DNA from: Arcobacteraceae bacterium | GTDB lineage: Bacteria > Campylobacterota > Campylobacteria > Campylobacterales > Arcobacteraceae | Length of the DNA stretch: 64,000 nucleotides | Direction of reading: 5' to 3' | Assembly (NCBI GenBank): GCA_965224485.1 | Contig: CBDCZH010000023.1 | Span: 1-64,000 of the forward strand | Part shown: in pieces, positions 29,775 through 39,451 of the stretch | Layout of the letters: every line of letters starts with the position of its first letter | Position numbering within the stretch: the stretch's first letter is position 1 | The notes under the pieces: generated by a model | Seen by the model: only the letters and a program-made list of their open reading frames with translations | What the model was told of the DNA's origin: nothing | Database searches by the model: none | Translations under genes and position numbers: made by a program

Positions 29775-30233
29775 ATGAACACAAATAGTAATACAGTTAT
29801 AAAATTAAGCGAAGCATTAAACAATCTAATAAAAGCATATGAAGAATTACAAGAAAAAAACAATGAAATAAAAGAAAAAAACGATAGTTTAGAAAAAGAA
29901 TTATTTAAAATGAAGAGTGAAAAAGATAATTTAACTAATAATGTTGAAGAACTTAATGAAAATACACAAAAGCAAGAAAGCAATATAAACTCAATGTTAG
30001 GAAAAATTGAATCTTTATTAGGAGTTAAACCTAAAAAAGAATTAAAAGATATTATAATCAAAGAAGAAAATGAGCCAAAAGAGGAAGAGAAGGAAAAATT
30101 TAATTTAAATAATGATATTTTCAATACTCAAAACTCTTCTTTACACAAAGAAGAGCCACTAGAAGCTAAAAAAGATGATGATTCTTTGGATTTAAATAGA
30201 ATGGCAACACTTCTTAATGGTTTTAATAAATAA
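29775..30233 (+). CDS. Coiled-coil protein, ZapB-like N-terminal half
   Basis: AAGGA RBS; heptad pattern EIKEKNDSLEKEL...INSMLGKIESLL, then acidic tail. Confidence 0.6.
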   Translation: MNTNSNTVIKLSEALNNLIKAYEELQEKNNEIKEKNDSLEKELFKMKSEKDNLTNNVEELNENTQKQESNINSMLGKIESLLGVKPKKELKDIIIKEENEPKEEEKEKFNLNNDIFNTQNSSLHKEEPLEAKKDDDSLDLNRMATLLNGFNK

Positions 30234-30236
30234 ATT

Positions 30237-30512
30237 TTGATTATTCTTTTAAATAAAACATCTTTATATAATACCTTTGGGGTGGAAACTTTTGATGCTC
30301 TAGAAAACTCAATTAATACTATGGCTCCTTCTATGGTCGATTATTATTTATCTGATCTTTGTTCATATACAGAAGAAACATATTTAAATAAAAGAAATAT
30401 TGAAAAATCAATTTTAATTGATGATTATTCTATCTATTATGATTATGAGGAAAATATTTACTTAGAAATGAATGAAGATACAAGTGAAAATGAGACGTCT
30501 AGTTTATGGTAA
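30237..30512 (+). CDS. Acidic hypothetical protein (91 aa)
   Basis: Fills the gap between co-directional genes; TTG start; overlaps next ATG by 7 nt. Confidence 0.65.
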   Translation: MIILLNKTSLYNTFGVETFDALENSINTMAPSMVDYYLSDLCSYTEETYLNKRNIEKSILIDDYSIYYDYEENIYLEMNEDTSENETSSLW

Positions 30513-31018
30513 GTATTTATATAGCTGGACCTGATGTTTTCGAGCTTGATTCAATTAAAATAGGGCAAAAGTTTAAAAAGCTGTGCCTTATGTATAACTT
30601 TAATGGACTTTATCCTTTAGACAATGAAGTAGATTTTAATCAAAAAAAAGAAAAAATAGCACAAGATATTTATGGGCAAAATATAAAACTTATTAATAAA
30701 GCAGACATAATAATAGCAAATCTAAATAGTTTTAGAGGAAAAGAACCAGATAGCGGAACTGTTTGGGAATGTGCTTATGCTTTTGCTAAAGGTAAAAAGG
30801 TTTATGGCTATTTAGAAAATAAACAATCTTATATAAATACCTTTAAAGAAGAAGAGACTCAAATCATAAATTATGTTAAATGTGATAAAGATAAAAGAGT
30901 TATAGAAGATTTTAATTATCCTTTGAACCTAATGTTATCATGCTCAATTTATAAAACAATAGAAGGTTCTTTTGAAGATGTATTAAAAGAAATAAAAGAT
31001 GAGAATTCTAAGAAATAG
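30506..31018 (+). CDS. Nucleoside 2-deoxyribosyltransferase / nucleotide N-glycosidase family protein
   Basis: IYIAGPDVF, DSGTVWE (catalytic Glu), NLML. Confidence 0.88.
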   Translation: MVSIYIAGPDVFELDSIKIGQKFKKLCLMYNFNGLYPLDNEVDFNQKKEKIAQDIYGQNIKLINKADIIIANLNSFRGKEPDSGTVWECAYAFAKGKKVYGYLENKQSYINTFKEEETQIINYVKCDKDKRVIEDFNYPLNLMLSCSIYKTIEGSFEDVLKEIKDENSKK

Positions 31019-31037
31019 AGTACTTGTCTTCTTATAG

Positions 31038-31072
31038 TATAAACTGTGAAAATTTATGTTTTCATAAATTAG
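31038..31072. other. difH-like chromosome dimer resolution site
   Basis: Minus strand TTATGAAAACATAAATTTTCACAGTTT: TGAAAA-6 nt-TTTTCA inverted core, about 55 bp upstream of xerH. Confidence 0.75.
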
Positions 31073-31124
31073 CTTTTAAGTATTTTAATGCTAAGATAGA
31101 TATATAGGCATTTTAAGGAAAACA

Positions 31125-32183
31125 ATGAAATATGAATTAGACTTCCATGATAACTTTTCTAGAACATTTCGCTTTTGGATTCAGAACTTTATTCGCTATA
31201 AATTAATCACCTTATCTAATAGATTAGTTACTAATAAGGATAAATTTCAAGAAATACTAAACATTTTACATAAAGAGTTATCATACATAAGTGATATACA
31301 AGAACAAGCAAAAAATGCAAGAAAAATTGGTTTATTAGGAATAAATATATACATAACTCCTATTGTTAAATTGTATGAAAACTTTGAAAAAAAAGGTTTT
31401 GCTTCCATGAAAGAAATTGATGAAGAGTTTATTATTGATTTTTTAGCAGTACAAACTTCTTCTTTATCAGATGCTAGTAAGAAAAACTATCGTATGGCAA
31501 TTTTAGGACTTTTTAAATATATTGATAAACAAAATCAAGACCTTAGAGGAAACTCTTTTGTTTTTAATATTGAGCTAAAACATATTTCAGGACTAGGGAG
31601 CCAAAAAGTTGTTAAGCTCCCTACTTTTATGCATGATGATGAGATTAAACGCTTTTTGCACTCTGTGGAGACAACAGTATTTAAAAATTATTCGCTTGCA
31701 AAAAATAGACTTTTAATTAAAATTATACTTTATACAGGAATGAGAGTTTCTGAGGCTTTAGGTATAAGGCAAAAAGATATGCATAAAGAAGGAGAATATT
31801 ATATTTTTCTAATTACGGGAAAAGGAAATAAACAAAGAGTTGCTATGATTAAAGAGCATTATATACAAAAAGATTTATCTGAGTGGTATGAATATAAACC
31901 TTCAAGTGATTTGCTCTTTTGCTCAAGAACGGCAAAACCCTTATCTCAACCTTATGTATCTTATATTATGGATAAAATTTTATTAAATGCAGGAATTAGA
32001 AAAGAAAAGAATGGAGCTCATATGCTAAGGCATACTTTTGCTACAAGATTATATCAAAAGAATCATGATTTAATTTTAGTGCAAGAAGCTCTTGGTCATG
32101 CTGATTTAAACACTTCAAGAATTTATACACATTTTGATAAAAATAGATTAAAAATTGCAACTTGTGTTATGGATGATTTATAA
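31125..32183 (+). CDS. xerH: Tyrosine recombinase XerH
   Basis: MKYELD...FW N-terminus typical of XerH; GMRVSE, GKGNK, HMLRH, LGH and catalytic Tyr in RIYTH. Confidence 0.9.
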   Translation: MKYELDFHDNFSRTFRFWIQNFIRYKLITLSNRLVTNKDKFQEILNILHKELSYISDIQEQAKNARKIGLLGINIYITPIVKLYENFEKKGFASMKEIDEEFIIDFLAVQTSSLSDASKKNYRMAILGLFKYIDKQNQDLRGNSFVFNIELKHISGLGSQKVVKLPTFMHDDEIKRFLHSVETTVFKNYSLAKNRLLIKIILYTGMRVSEALGIRQKDMHKEGEYYIFLITGKGNKQRVAMIKEHYIQKDLSEWYEYKPSSDLLFCSRTAKPLSQPYVSYIMDKILLNAGIRKEKNGAHMLRHTFATRLYQKNHDLILVQEALGHADLNTSRIYTHFDKNRLKIATCVMDDL

Positions 32184-32246
32184 AAAGACAAAGGTGCCTA
32201 AATAAAGAAAAGAAATAAAAGAGAGTAAAGAAAATAGTTTTATGAA

Positions 32247-33323
32247 CTATTTTCTTTTATTACTTGAAAAGTCAATTATAGCTTGAGGAATATCTTCTAA
32301 AGAAATTATATCTTTAATTGCCCCTGCTTCTATGGCTTTTTTAGGCATTCCAAAAACGACACAAGACTTTTCATCTTGGGCAACTGTATAAGCATTATTA
32401 TCATGTAACTCTTTAATACCAATACTTCCATCATCTCCCATACCTGTCATAATAACTGCCATGGCTGATGTTCCTGCACAGTTATTAACAGATCTAAATA
32501 AAATATCAACACTTGGTTTATGCTGTGAAACTTTTGAAGCATCAAATACTTTTGTTATATACTCTTTGCTTCCACGTTTTTCAATACTCAAGTGCATATT
32601 TCCAGGTGCTAAATAAGCATGTCCTTTTTGCAAAATTTGACCATCACTTGCTTCACAAACATTAACTTCTGAATGATCATTTAATCTTTGTGCAAAAGAG
32701 CTTGAAAATCCATATGGAATATGCTGAGTCATTACAATTGGAGGTAAATTAGAAGGAAGTTTTTTGAAAACTCTTAAGAGCGATTCTACCCCTCCTGTTG
32801 AAGATCCAATTGCAATAACTTTAGTTCCTAAAAAAGAAGCTGGTGAAGATTTTAAAACATCATCAGGATGTACTCTTTTGGTAACTTCTTGGCTTGCTTT
32901 TTTTATTTGTTTTGCAGCTTTTGGTTTTTTCAAGGTATATCTTTTAAGTAAGAAAGTAAGATTTAATAGGGTGTCTTTTATTCTATCTTGAAAAGCACTC
33001 ATTGAATCACTAGAATTTGGTTTTTCTATAAAACCAACTGCGCCATCATCAAAAATATCATTTCCTCTTGCACCCTCACCTGAAATTACAACAGCAGGCA
33101 TAGGATGAAGTCTCATAAGATTTCTTAAAAAAACAGCTCCATCCATTTTTGGCATATTTAAATCAACTGTTACTAAATCTGGCTCATAAAGTTTGATTTT
33201 CTCTCTAGCATCAAAAGCATCAATAGCATCTGCTACAACAGTAAACTCTTCAATAGAGTTAATCATATCCTTTAAAATTCTTCTCATTGAAGGGGAATCA
33301 TCAATTACTAATACTGTATACAT
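32247..33323 (-). CDS. cheB: Chemotaxis methylesterase response regulator
   Basis: REC domain (DLNMPKMDG); GSSTGG, TQHIP, GMGDDG triad. Confidence 0.96.
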   Translation of the reverse strand: MYTVLVIDDSPSMRRILKDMINSIEEFTVVADAIDAFDAREKIKLYEPDLVTVDLNMPKMDGAVFLRNLMRLHPMPAVVISGEGARGNDIFDDGAVGFIEKPNSSDSMSAFQDRIKDTLLNLTFLLKRYTLKKPKAAKQIKKASQEVTKRVHPDDVLKSSPASFLGTKVIAIGSSTGGVESLLRVFKKLPSNLPPIVMTQHIPYGFSSSFAQRLNDHSEVNVCEASDGQILQKGHAYLAPGNMHLSIEKRGSKEYITKVFDASKVSQHKPSVDILFRSVNNCAGTSAMAVIMTGMGDDGSIGIKELHDNNAYTVAQDEKSCVVFGMPKKAIEAGAIKDIISLEDIPQAIIDFSSNKRK

Positions 33324-33332
33324 ATTTTTATC

Positions 33333-34010
33333 CTAAAATAATTCAATTTCCATTACTGGTTCATTTTTACTAGCATCATCACCAAATAACTCAACACCAC
33401 CTGAGTATTCTTTAATAACTGGAGCTTTTGTAATTTCTGTTTGTAGAGCTTTTTCATCACTTGCAATTTTCGCATCAGTATCTGATTTCTCAGTTACTTT
33501 TATGAAAGTTTCAAATTCATTAGCTAAGAGGATAAGCCTTCCATGTTCACCTCTTGTATGCTCACTCATAATTCTAAAACCTTCTGTTTTACAAAAATCT
33601 TTTGCAAATTCTACATTCCTATGTCCTATACTAGCACCCATAGAAGTTAATTGCATAATATCAGCGCCTCCTGATATTTTAGCTCTTAAATTACCTTTTA
33701 GGCAACCTAATTTGTACATCTCATTAAGCATAGCTTCAACTGAATATAAACCATATTTCATATCATCATTTGAATTATTACTAGAAGGAAGCAAAAAATG
33801 GTTCATTCCTTTTATTCTAGCAACTGTATCATAAAAAATAATTGCAACACAAGAACCTAAAAGAGTTTTAAATGCAATTTGATCATCATCAGGTCCAACA
33901 GCAAATTCACCACCAATTACGGTATGCACGTTTAATCCTTTGATTTTTTGAGTATATCTAGTAGTAGAGGTTTTTTCTATACTTCCATCTTTATGCCCAA
34001 TTATAATCAA
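33333..34010 (-). CDS. cheD: Chemoreceptor glutamine deamidase
   Basis: TLLGSCVA, NHFLLP, AKISGGA, IGHRN. Confidence 0.93.
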   Translation of the reverse strand: MIIIGHKDGSIEKTSTTRYTQKIKGLNVHTVIGGEFAVGPDDDQIAFKTLLGSCVAIIFYDTVARIKGMNHFLLPSSNNSNDDMKYGLYSVEAMLNEMYKLGCLKGNLRAKISGGADIMQLTSMGASIGHRNVEFAKDFCKTEGFRIMSEHTRGEHGRLILLANEFETFIKVTEKSDTDAKIASDEKALQTEITKAPVIKEYSGGVELFGDDASKNEPVMEIELF

Positions 34011-34849
34011 GAAATTTCCTTAGTTTTTATAAAAATATTCTGCCCTACTCTTTTCGTATAATTAATTAAATCATGAGGAGACTCAGAATGCCCAATATAT
34101 AAAGTACCACCCATTTTAAGATGACGAAATAGCTTTTTTAAAATATCATTTTGATCACTAGCAGAAAAATATATTAATACATTTCTACAAAAAACTACGT
34201 CAAATTGTGAATTTTCAAAAGGATAGTTATTATCATTTAAATTCATTGATTGAAATGTTACCATTTCTTGTACATTTTTCTTAACTTTTATTAAAACTTC
34301 TTCCATTGCTAAAGTTTTATTAATTCGTTTTTTAAAATAATCAGAAGGTTTTATCCAATCAGGGAATTCTTTAGAAGATTTTGAAAATCTATAAACCCCA
34401 TTTGCTCCATATTGTAAAGCATTTGTATCAATATCAGTTGCAATAATACTTGAGGATATCTTTTTTCCTGCTTCTTTAGCAGCTTCTAAAATAGTCATTG
34501 CCATAGAATAAGGTTCTTCACCTGTTGAAGAAGCAGAACAATACATTTTAATTTTTTTGTTTTCTTTGGCAAATTCAGGCAAAACTCTATCTTTTAAATC
34601 AATGAAATGAAAATCTTCTCTAAAAAAATGTGTTTTATTAGTTGTAAAAGAGTTGATAAAGGTAGTCACATGAGTACCTTTTTCAATCTCTTCTAATAAT
34701 TGCTCAATTGAGCCTGCAAACTTAGTATCTCTTTTTAACTTATGAAGTCTATTAGCTATCATAATATCTTTATTATCAGCTAAAGTAATTCCAGTCAACG
34801 AGTATAAAATAGACTTAACTTTTTGATGTAAATGTAAGTTATCATCCAT
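34007..34849 (-). CDS. cheR: Chemotaxis methyltransferase
   Basis: TTNKTHFFRE, SSTGEEPYS, ATDID, CRNVLIYF, GHSE; start moved to ATG 34849, just after the cheA stop. Confidence 0.95.
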   Translation of the reverse strand: MDDNLHLHQKVKSILYSLTGITLADNKDIMIANRLHKLKRDTKFAGSIEQLLEEIEKGTHVTTFINSFTTNKTHFFREDFHFIDLKDRVLPEFAKENKKIKMYCSASSTGEEPYSMAMTILEAAKEAGKKISSSIIATDIDTNALQYGANGVYRFSKSSKEFPDWIKPSDYFKKRINKTLAMEEVLIKVKKNVQEMVTFQSMNLNDNNYPFENSQFDVVFCRNVLIYFSASDQNDILKKLFRHLKMGGTLYIGHSESPHDLINYTKRVGQNIFIKTKEIS

Positions 34850-34850
34850 T

Positions 34851-36812
34851 TTACGATGCTTTTTTAACTTCTTGGTTTGTTCGCTCAACTTGTAATTGAG
34901 CATTAATTATTCCTAAAACATCAAGAATTAATCCAATACTACCATCACCTCTTACTGTTGCAGCTCCTATTCCTTGAACTGCTCTGAAGTTTTTATCAAG
35001 CGGTTTCACAACTACTTGATGTTGTGATAAAAATTCATCAATAGATAAGGCAACTTTTGTTGTACCGGATTTTACTACAATTAACATTCCATTTTCTAAA
35101 TTAGTAAATGTTTTTTTAACTCCAAATAATTCATGAAGTCTTACAACTGGAATAAATTCTTCTCTTAACATTAATAAATCTTGTGTTCCATCACCAATTT
35201 TTTTGATCATTTCTGATGTTGGTTGCAGTGATTCTACAATTGAACTTAAAGGTAAGATATACTTTTGATCTCCAACTGCAATATCTAAACCATCTAAAAT
35301 TGCAAGTGTTAGAGGTAGCATAATTTTAATAGTAGTTCCAACTCCAATTTGTGTATCTAAATCAATTGCCCCACCTAGTTTATGAATATTTGTCTTTACA
35401 ACATCCATTCCAACTCCACGTCCTGAAATATCAGTAACTTCATCAGCAGTACTAACCCCTGCTCCAAATACTAACATTGCTTTATCTTTATCAGTCATAG
35501 TATCATATTGTTTTTCATCAATAAGACCATTCTCTAGTGCCTTTAAAGCCACTTTTTCAGCATTAATACCATGACCATCATCTTCAATAGTAATAACCAT
35601 TTGACCATTTGCTTGTTCTGCTGAAATAGTAATAGCACCAGTTTCATTCTTTCCAGCCGCTGCTCTTGCTTCTGGTGTTTCTATACCATGGTCAAGTGAA
35701 TTTCTAATAATATGCATTAAAGGATCTGTTAATCCTTCAATCATTGCTTTATCAATTTCAACGCCATCACCAAAATGTTTAAATTCAACTTTTTTATCAA
35801 GTTTCTTAGAGATATCTCTTACAACTTTTGGAAATTTAGAATAAATTGATTCCATTGGTACCATACGAATACTCATAATTGAATCTTGCATATCTCTTAT
35901 GTGTCGCTCAAGTAAGTCTAAACGCTCTAAAACTGAATTTCTTACTTTTACATCTTCAATTGTAGAAGTAAATTGAGTAAGCATTGCATTTGTTATTACT
36001 AAATCCCCAACATTAGTCATTAATAAATCAATTTTATCAAGATTTACTCTAATATTACTAGCTGCTGCTGCTTTTTTTGGTTCTCTTATCTTGCTTGTAT
36101 CTTTACTAGCAGGTGCAGCTTCATTTTTCTTTTGAACTTCTTGATTTAATTTCTCTTGAGAAGATAATACTTCTTCTTGCGTTGAAGTATTAGATTCCAT
36201 TACAGAATCAGGACTAACTGCTTCTACATCATCAAAAAAACCAAAATGATCACTTACTTCATCATTAGAAATAGAAACATTTAATTCATCATTAAAAAAT
36301 CCATATGGATTTTTTGCTAAAAAAGAATCAGAATTATCAAAAGAGTCATTGTTTGGAACAACGGCAACAGCTTCTTCTTTTACTTTTTCAACTTTTTTTT
36401 CAACAGCTTCTTCCATACTAGAGTAAGCTCTAATTTGAACAAGAAGTTCTGTTGTCATTTCTTCAAATGTAGCTCTATCCAGGTCTTCATCAACTTCTAA
36501 ATCAAGTAATTCTTTCATTACATCTAAACCATCAATTAACGTTCCTGCCATTTCTGGTATAAACGCTATTTTATGATTTCTTAATTTATCCATAAGATTT
36601 TCAACATCATGAGTAAATTCTGCAAACAATGCTAGTTCAACAGAAGCCCCACTACCTTTTAATGTATGAACATCTCTAAATAACTGACCCATTTCTTCTT
36701 CAGTCAAAGAACCGTTATTCTCGGCTTCCAATAAAACATTATTAGCTGATTCAAAAAGTTCTTCAGCTTCTTCTAAAAACATTTCTCTATATTTAGATAT
36801 ATCAAATGACAT
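34851..36812 (-). CDS. cheA: Chemotaxis histidine kinase (no C-terminal receiver domain)
   Basis: Hpt HTLKG, HIIRNSLDHG, SGRGVGMDVV, C-terminal CheW-like domain. Confidence 0.96.
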   Translation of the reverse strand: MSFDISKYREMFLEEAEELFESANNVLLEAENNGSLTEEEMGQLFRDVHTLKGSGASVELALFAEFTHDVENLMDKLRNHKIAFIPEMAGTLIDGLDVMKELLDLEVDEDLDRATFEEMTTELLVQIRAYSSMEEAVEKKVEKVKEEAVAVVPNNDSFDNSDSFLAKNPYGFFNDELNVSISNDEVSDHFGFFDDVEAVSPDSVMESNTSTQEEVLSSQEKLNQEVQKKNEAAPASKDTSKIREPKKAAAASNIRVNLDKIDLLMTNVGDLVITNAMLTQFTSTIEDVKVRNSVLERLDLLERHIRDMQDSIMSIRMVPMESIYSKFPKVVRDISKKLDKKVEFKHFGDGVEIDKAMIEGLTDPLMHIIRNSLDHGIETPEARAAAGKNETGAITISAEQANGQMVITIEDDGHGINAEKVALKALENGLIDEKQYDTMTDKDKAMLVFGAGVSTADEVTDISGRGVGMDVVKTNIHKLGGAIDLDTQIGVGTTIKIMLPLTLAILDGLDIAVGDQKYILPLSSIVESLQPTSEMIKKIGDGTQDLLMLREEFIPVVRLHELFGVKKTFTNLENGMLIVVKSGTTKVALSIDEFLSQHQVVVKPLDKNFRAVQGIGAATVRGDGSIGLILDVLGIINAQLQVERTNQEVKKAS

Positions 36813-36822
36813 CTTAGCCCCT

Positions 36823-37191
36823 TTATCTACTTAATACAATATTAACAGCTTTTAATAGCTGATCAGGAACGAATGGTTTAACAATCCAACCAGTAGCTCC
36901 TGCTTCTTTTCCTCGCGCCTTCATCTCATCACTTCTTTCAGTTGTTAAAACTAAAATCGGTTTTTTCGTATACATTGGTAATTTCCGAAGCTCTTTAATA
37001 AGTGTTAAACCATCCATATTTGGCATGTTTACATCACTTATAATTAAATCAAAATTGTTTTCTTGAGCTTTTTTTAAACCATCAACTCCATCAACTGCTT
37101 CAACAACATCCGTATAACCACCCTCATTCAAAGCATAATTCAACATATCTCTTAACATGGTTGAATCATCTACTATTAGAAGCTTAGCCAT
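36823..37191 (-). CDS. cheY: Chemotaxis response regulator
   Basis: Single REC domain (DD, DVNMP, T, KPF) upstream of cheA. Confidence 0.92.
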   Translation of the reverse strand: MAKLLIVDDSTMLRDMLNYALNEGGYTDVVEAVDGVDGLKKAQENNFDLIISDVNMPNMDGLTLIKELRKLPMYTKKPILVLTTERSDEMKARGKEAGATGWIVKPFVPDQLLKAVNIVLSR

Positions 37192-37268
37192 AAACTCTCC
37201 TTATAATCTAATTAAATAATAATCTTTAACATATAATAACAAAAAAAACTTAAACACTGTATAAATTT

Positions 37269-39446
37269 TTAAATATTAGTAGAACCTAATTCTATTCTAT
37301 CTGATTTAACTTTTAATACTTTAATTTCAATTTCATCTCCAACACTAAGTACATCACTTACTTTATTAACTCTTTGCTTTGAAATCTTAGAAATATGTAA
37401 TAAACCTTCACCACCTTTTGGTAACACCATGAATGCACCAAAATCAACAATTCTTTCAACTTTTGCCATTAATACTTCATCAAGTTTATACAAGTCTTCA
37501 AAATTAACAGATTTTTTCTCTCTTCTAGCTGGAGCGTTATTTGAAATAGATTTAATATGTTCACAAGCATCAAGTACACTTTGTTTGCACTCTCCACTTA
37601 CTTTTACATTTCCACTATCTCTATCTAAATCAATTGAAACAGAGAATTTTTCAATAATTTCTTTAATAGTTGAACCTGCTTTTCCAATAACTACCATAAT
37701 TTTACTAGGATCAATTGCAAATTGCTCAATTAATGGTAAAGCTTGACTTGGAACTATAGTTAATGCAGCTTCTTCCATAAGAGCTAAAATATGATTTTTA
37801 CCTTCTTGTGCCTGATTTAGAGCCTCTTTAAGAACATCCAACTCAATACCACCTAGTTTAATATCCATTTGTAAAGCAGTAATTCCATCTTTTGTTCCAG
37901 CAACTTTAAAGTCCATATCTCCATCATGATCTTCTAAACCCATAATATCAGTTAAGATTGAATACTTATCACCCTCAACAACCATTCCCATAGCAACACC
38001 AGCAACTAGTTTTGAAATAGGTACTCCAGCTGCTTTAAGAGCAAGTGAGCTCCCACAAACAGTTGCCATAGACGAAGAACCATTTGATTCTAAAATTTCT
38101 GAAACTAATCTAATCGTATCTGTGAAATCTTTGTCAATTGTCGACTCTAATGCTTTTTTTGCTAAGTTTCCATGTCCTAATTCTCTTCTACTTACATTAA
38201 AAATAGGTTTAGCTTCTCCAACTGAGAAACCAGGGAAATTATAATGAACTAAAAAATTATCCATAGAAGTTGTTTTTTTAGTTAAAATTTCATACATTTG
38301 ACCGTCTTTTGGACCAGCTAATGTTCCTACAACTAAAGCTTGTGTTTCTCCTCTTGTAAACAAACAAGAACTATGAGCAGAAGGTAAAATATTAATATCT
38401 ATTTCAATAGGTCTAACTGTAGTTAAAGATCTTCCATCTGCTCTTATTTTATCATGAACTATCATAGCTCTTACTAATTCTCTTTTTACAATGCTAACAG
38501 CTTGATAAATACTTGCATAATCTAATTCTTTTGAAACACAATATTCATTTAAAGATATATCTTTCGCAACATCTTTAAGTTTTGTTGATCTCTCACTTTT
38601 TGCAAGTTTTTTAATTGCTTCATTAATTTCTTTTGAAAAGTTATCTCTTACATATGAAATCACTTCTTCTTTTATTGCAAATTCAACTAATTCAACTTCT
38701 GCTTTAGTTTTGCAAACTTCTTCAAAGCCACTTTCATACGTTGCATTTGATTCTCTTAAGGCATCTTGAGCAATAGATATTGCCTGTACAAGTTCATCTT
38801 CATTCATTTCATTTGTTTTATGAACCTTTGAAAATGCCTCAATATCAACTTCAACCATATCTTCAGAAGAAATTGCTTTCATCTCAATCATTAATAACTC
38901 TTCTTTACTTCCAGCAACATATAAATCTAAAGTAGATTCACTCATTAAAGAAAATTTAGGATTAACTACAAATTCATTATTAATCTTAGCAACTCTAACT
39001 CCAGCAACAGATTTTTTAACAGGAATATCAGAAGTATATAAAGCTGCACTTGCTGCATTTAAAGCTAAAGCTTGAATATCTACATCTTTATCAGCACTTA
39101 AAACTATTACAGTTATAGTTGTTGGATAAACATAACCTTTAGGGAAAAGTGGTCTTAAACTTCTATCAATTACTCTTGATGTTAAAGTTTCAAATTCAGA
39201 AGGTTTAGCTTCTCTTTTAAAAAATCCTCCTGGAACTTTTGCTGCGGCATAAGTTTTTTCCAAGTATTGCACTGTTAAAGGTGTAAAATCTTCACTAACT
39301 GGGTTATCAAACTCACTTACTACTGCGGCCATTACTACCGCTTTTCCTTGTTTCGCTAATACAGAACCATTAGCTTGTTTAGCTACTTTCTTAAATTCAA
39401 AAATCTCTTGTTTTCCATGTATTTCAAACTCACAAACTGTTGACAT
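37269..39446 (-). CDS. pnp: Polyribonucleotide nucleotidyltransferase
   Basis: IDRSLRPLF, RRELGHG, SNGSSSMA, GDMDFKVAG, KH and S1 domains. Confidence 0.97.
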   Translation of the reverse strand: MSTVCEFEIHGKQEIFEFKKVAKQANGSVLAKQGKAVVMAAVVSEFDNPVSEDFTPLTVQYLEKTYAAAKVPGGFFKREAKPSEFETLTSRVIDRSLRPLFPKGYVYPTTITVIVLSADKDVDIQALALNAASAALYTSDIPVKKSVAGVRVAKINNEFVVNPKFSLMSESTLDLYVAGSKEELLMIEMKAISSEDMVEVDIEAFSKVHKTNEMNEDELVQAISIAQDALRESNATYESGFEEVCKTKAEVELVEFAIKEEVISYVRDNFSKEINEAIKKLAKSERSTKLKDVAKDISLNEYCVSKELDYASIYQAVSIVKRELVRAMIVHDKIRADGRSLTTVRPIEIDINILPSAHSSCLFTRGETQALVVGTLAGPKDGQMYEILTKKTTSMDNFLVHYNFPGFSVGEAKPIFNVSRRELGHGNLAKKALESTIDKDFTDTIRLVSEILESNGSSSMATVCGSSLALKAAGVPISKLVAGVAMGMVVEGDKYSILTDIMGLEDHDGDMDFKVAGTKDGITALQMDIKLGGIELDVLKEALNQAQEGKNHILALMEEAALTIVPSQALPLIEQFAIDPSKIMVVIGKAGSTIKEIIEKFSVSIDLDRDSGNVKVSGECKQSVLDACEHIKSISNNAPARREKKSVNFEDLYKLDEVLMAKVERIVDFGAFMVLPKGGEGLLHISKISKQRVNKVSDVLSVGDEIEIKVLKVKSDRIELGSTNI

Positions 39447-39451
39447 AATTA

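Noticed and set aside
31125..32183. Tyrosine recombinase as integrase of a genomic island
   Set aside because: N-terminus and adjacent dif-like site indicate chromosomal XerH; no att duplications or mobile cargo seen
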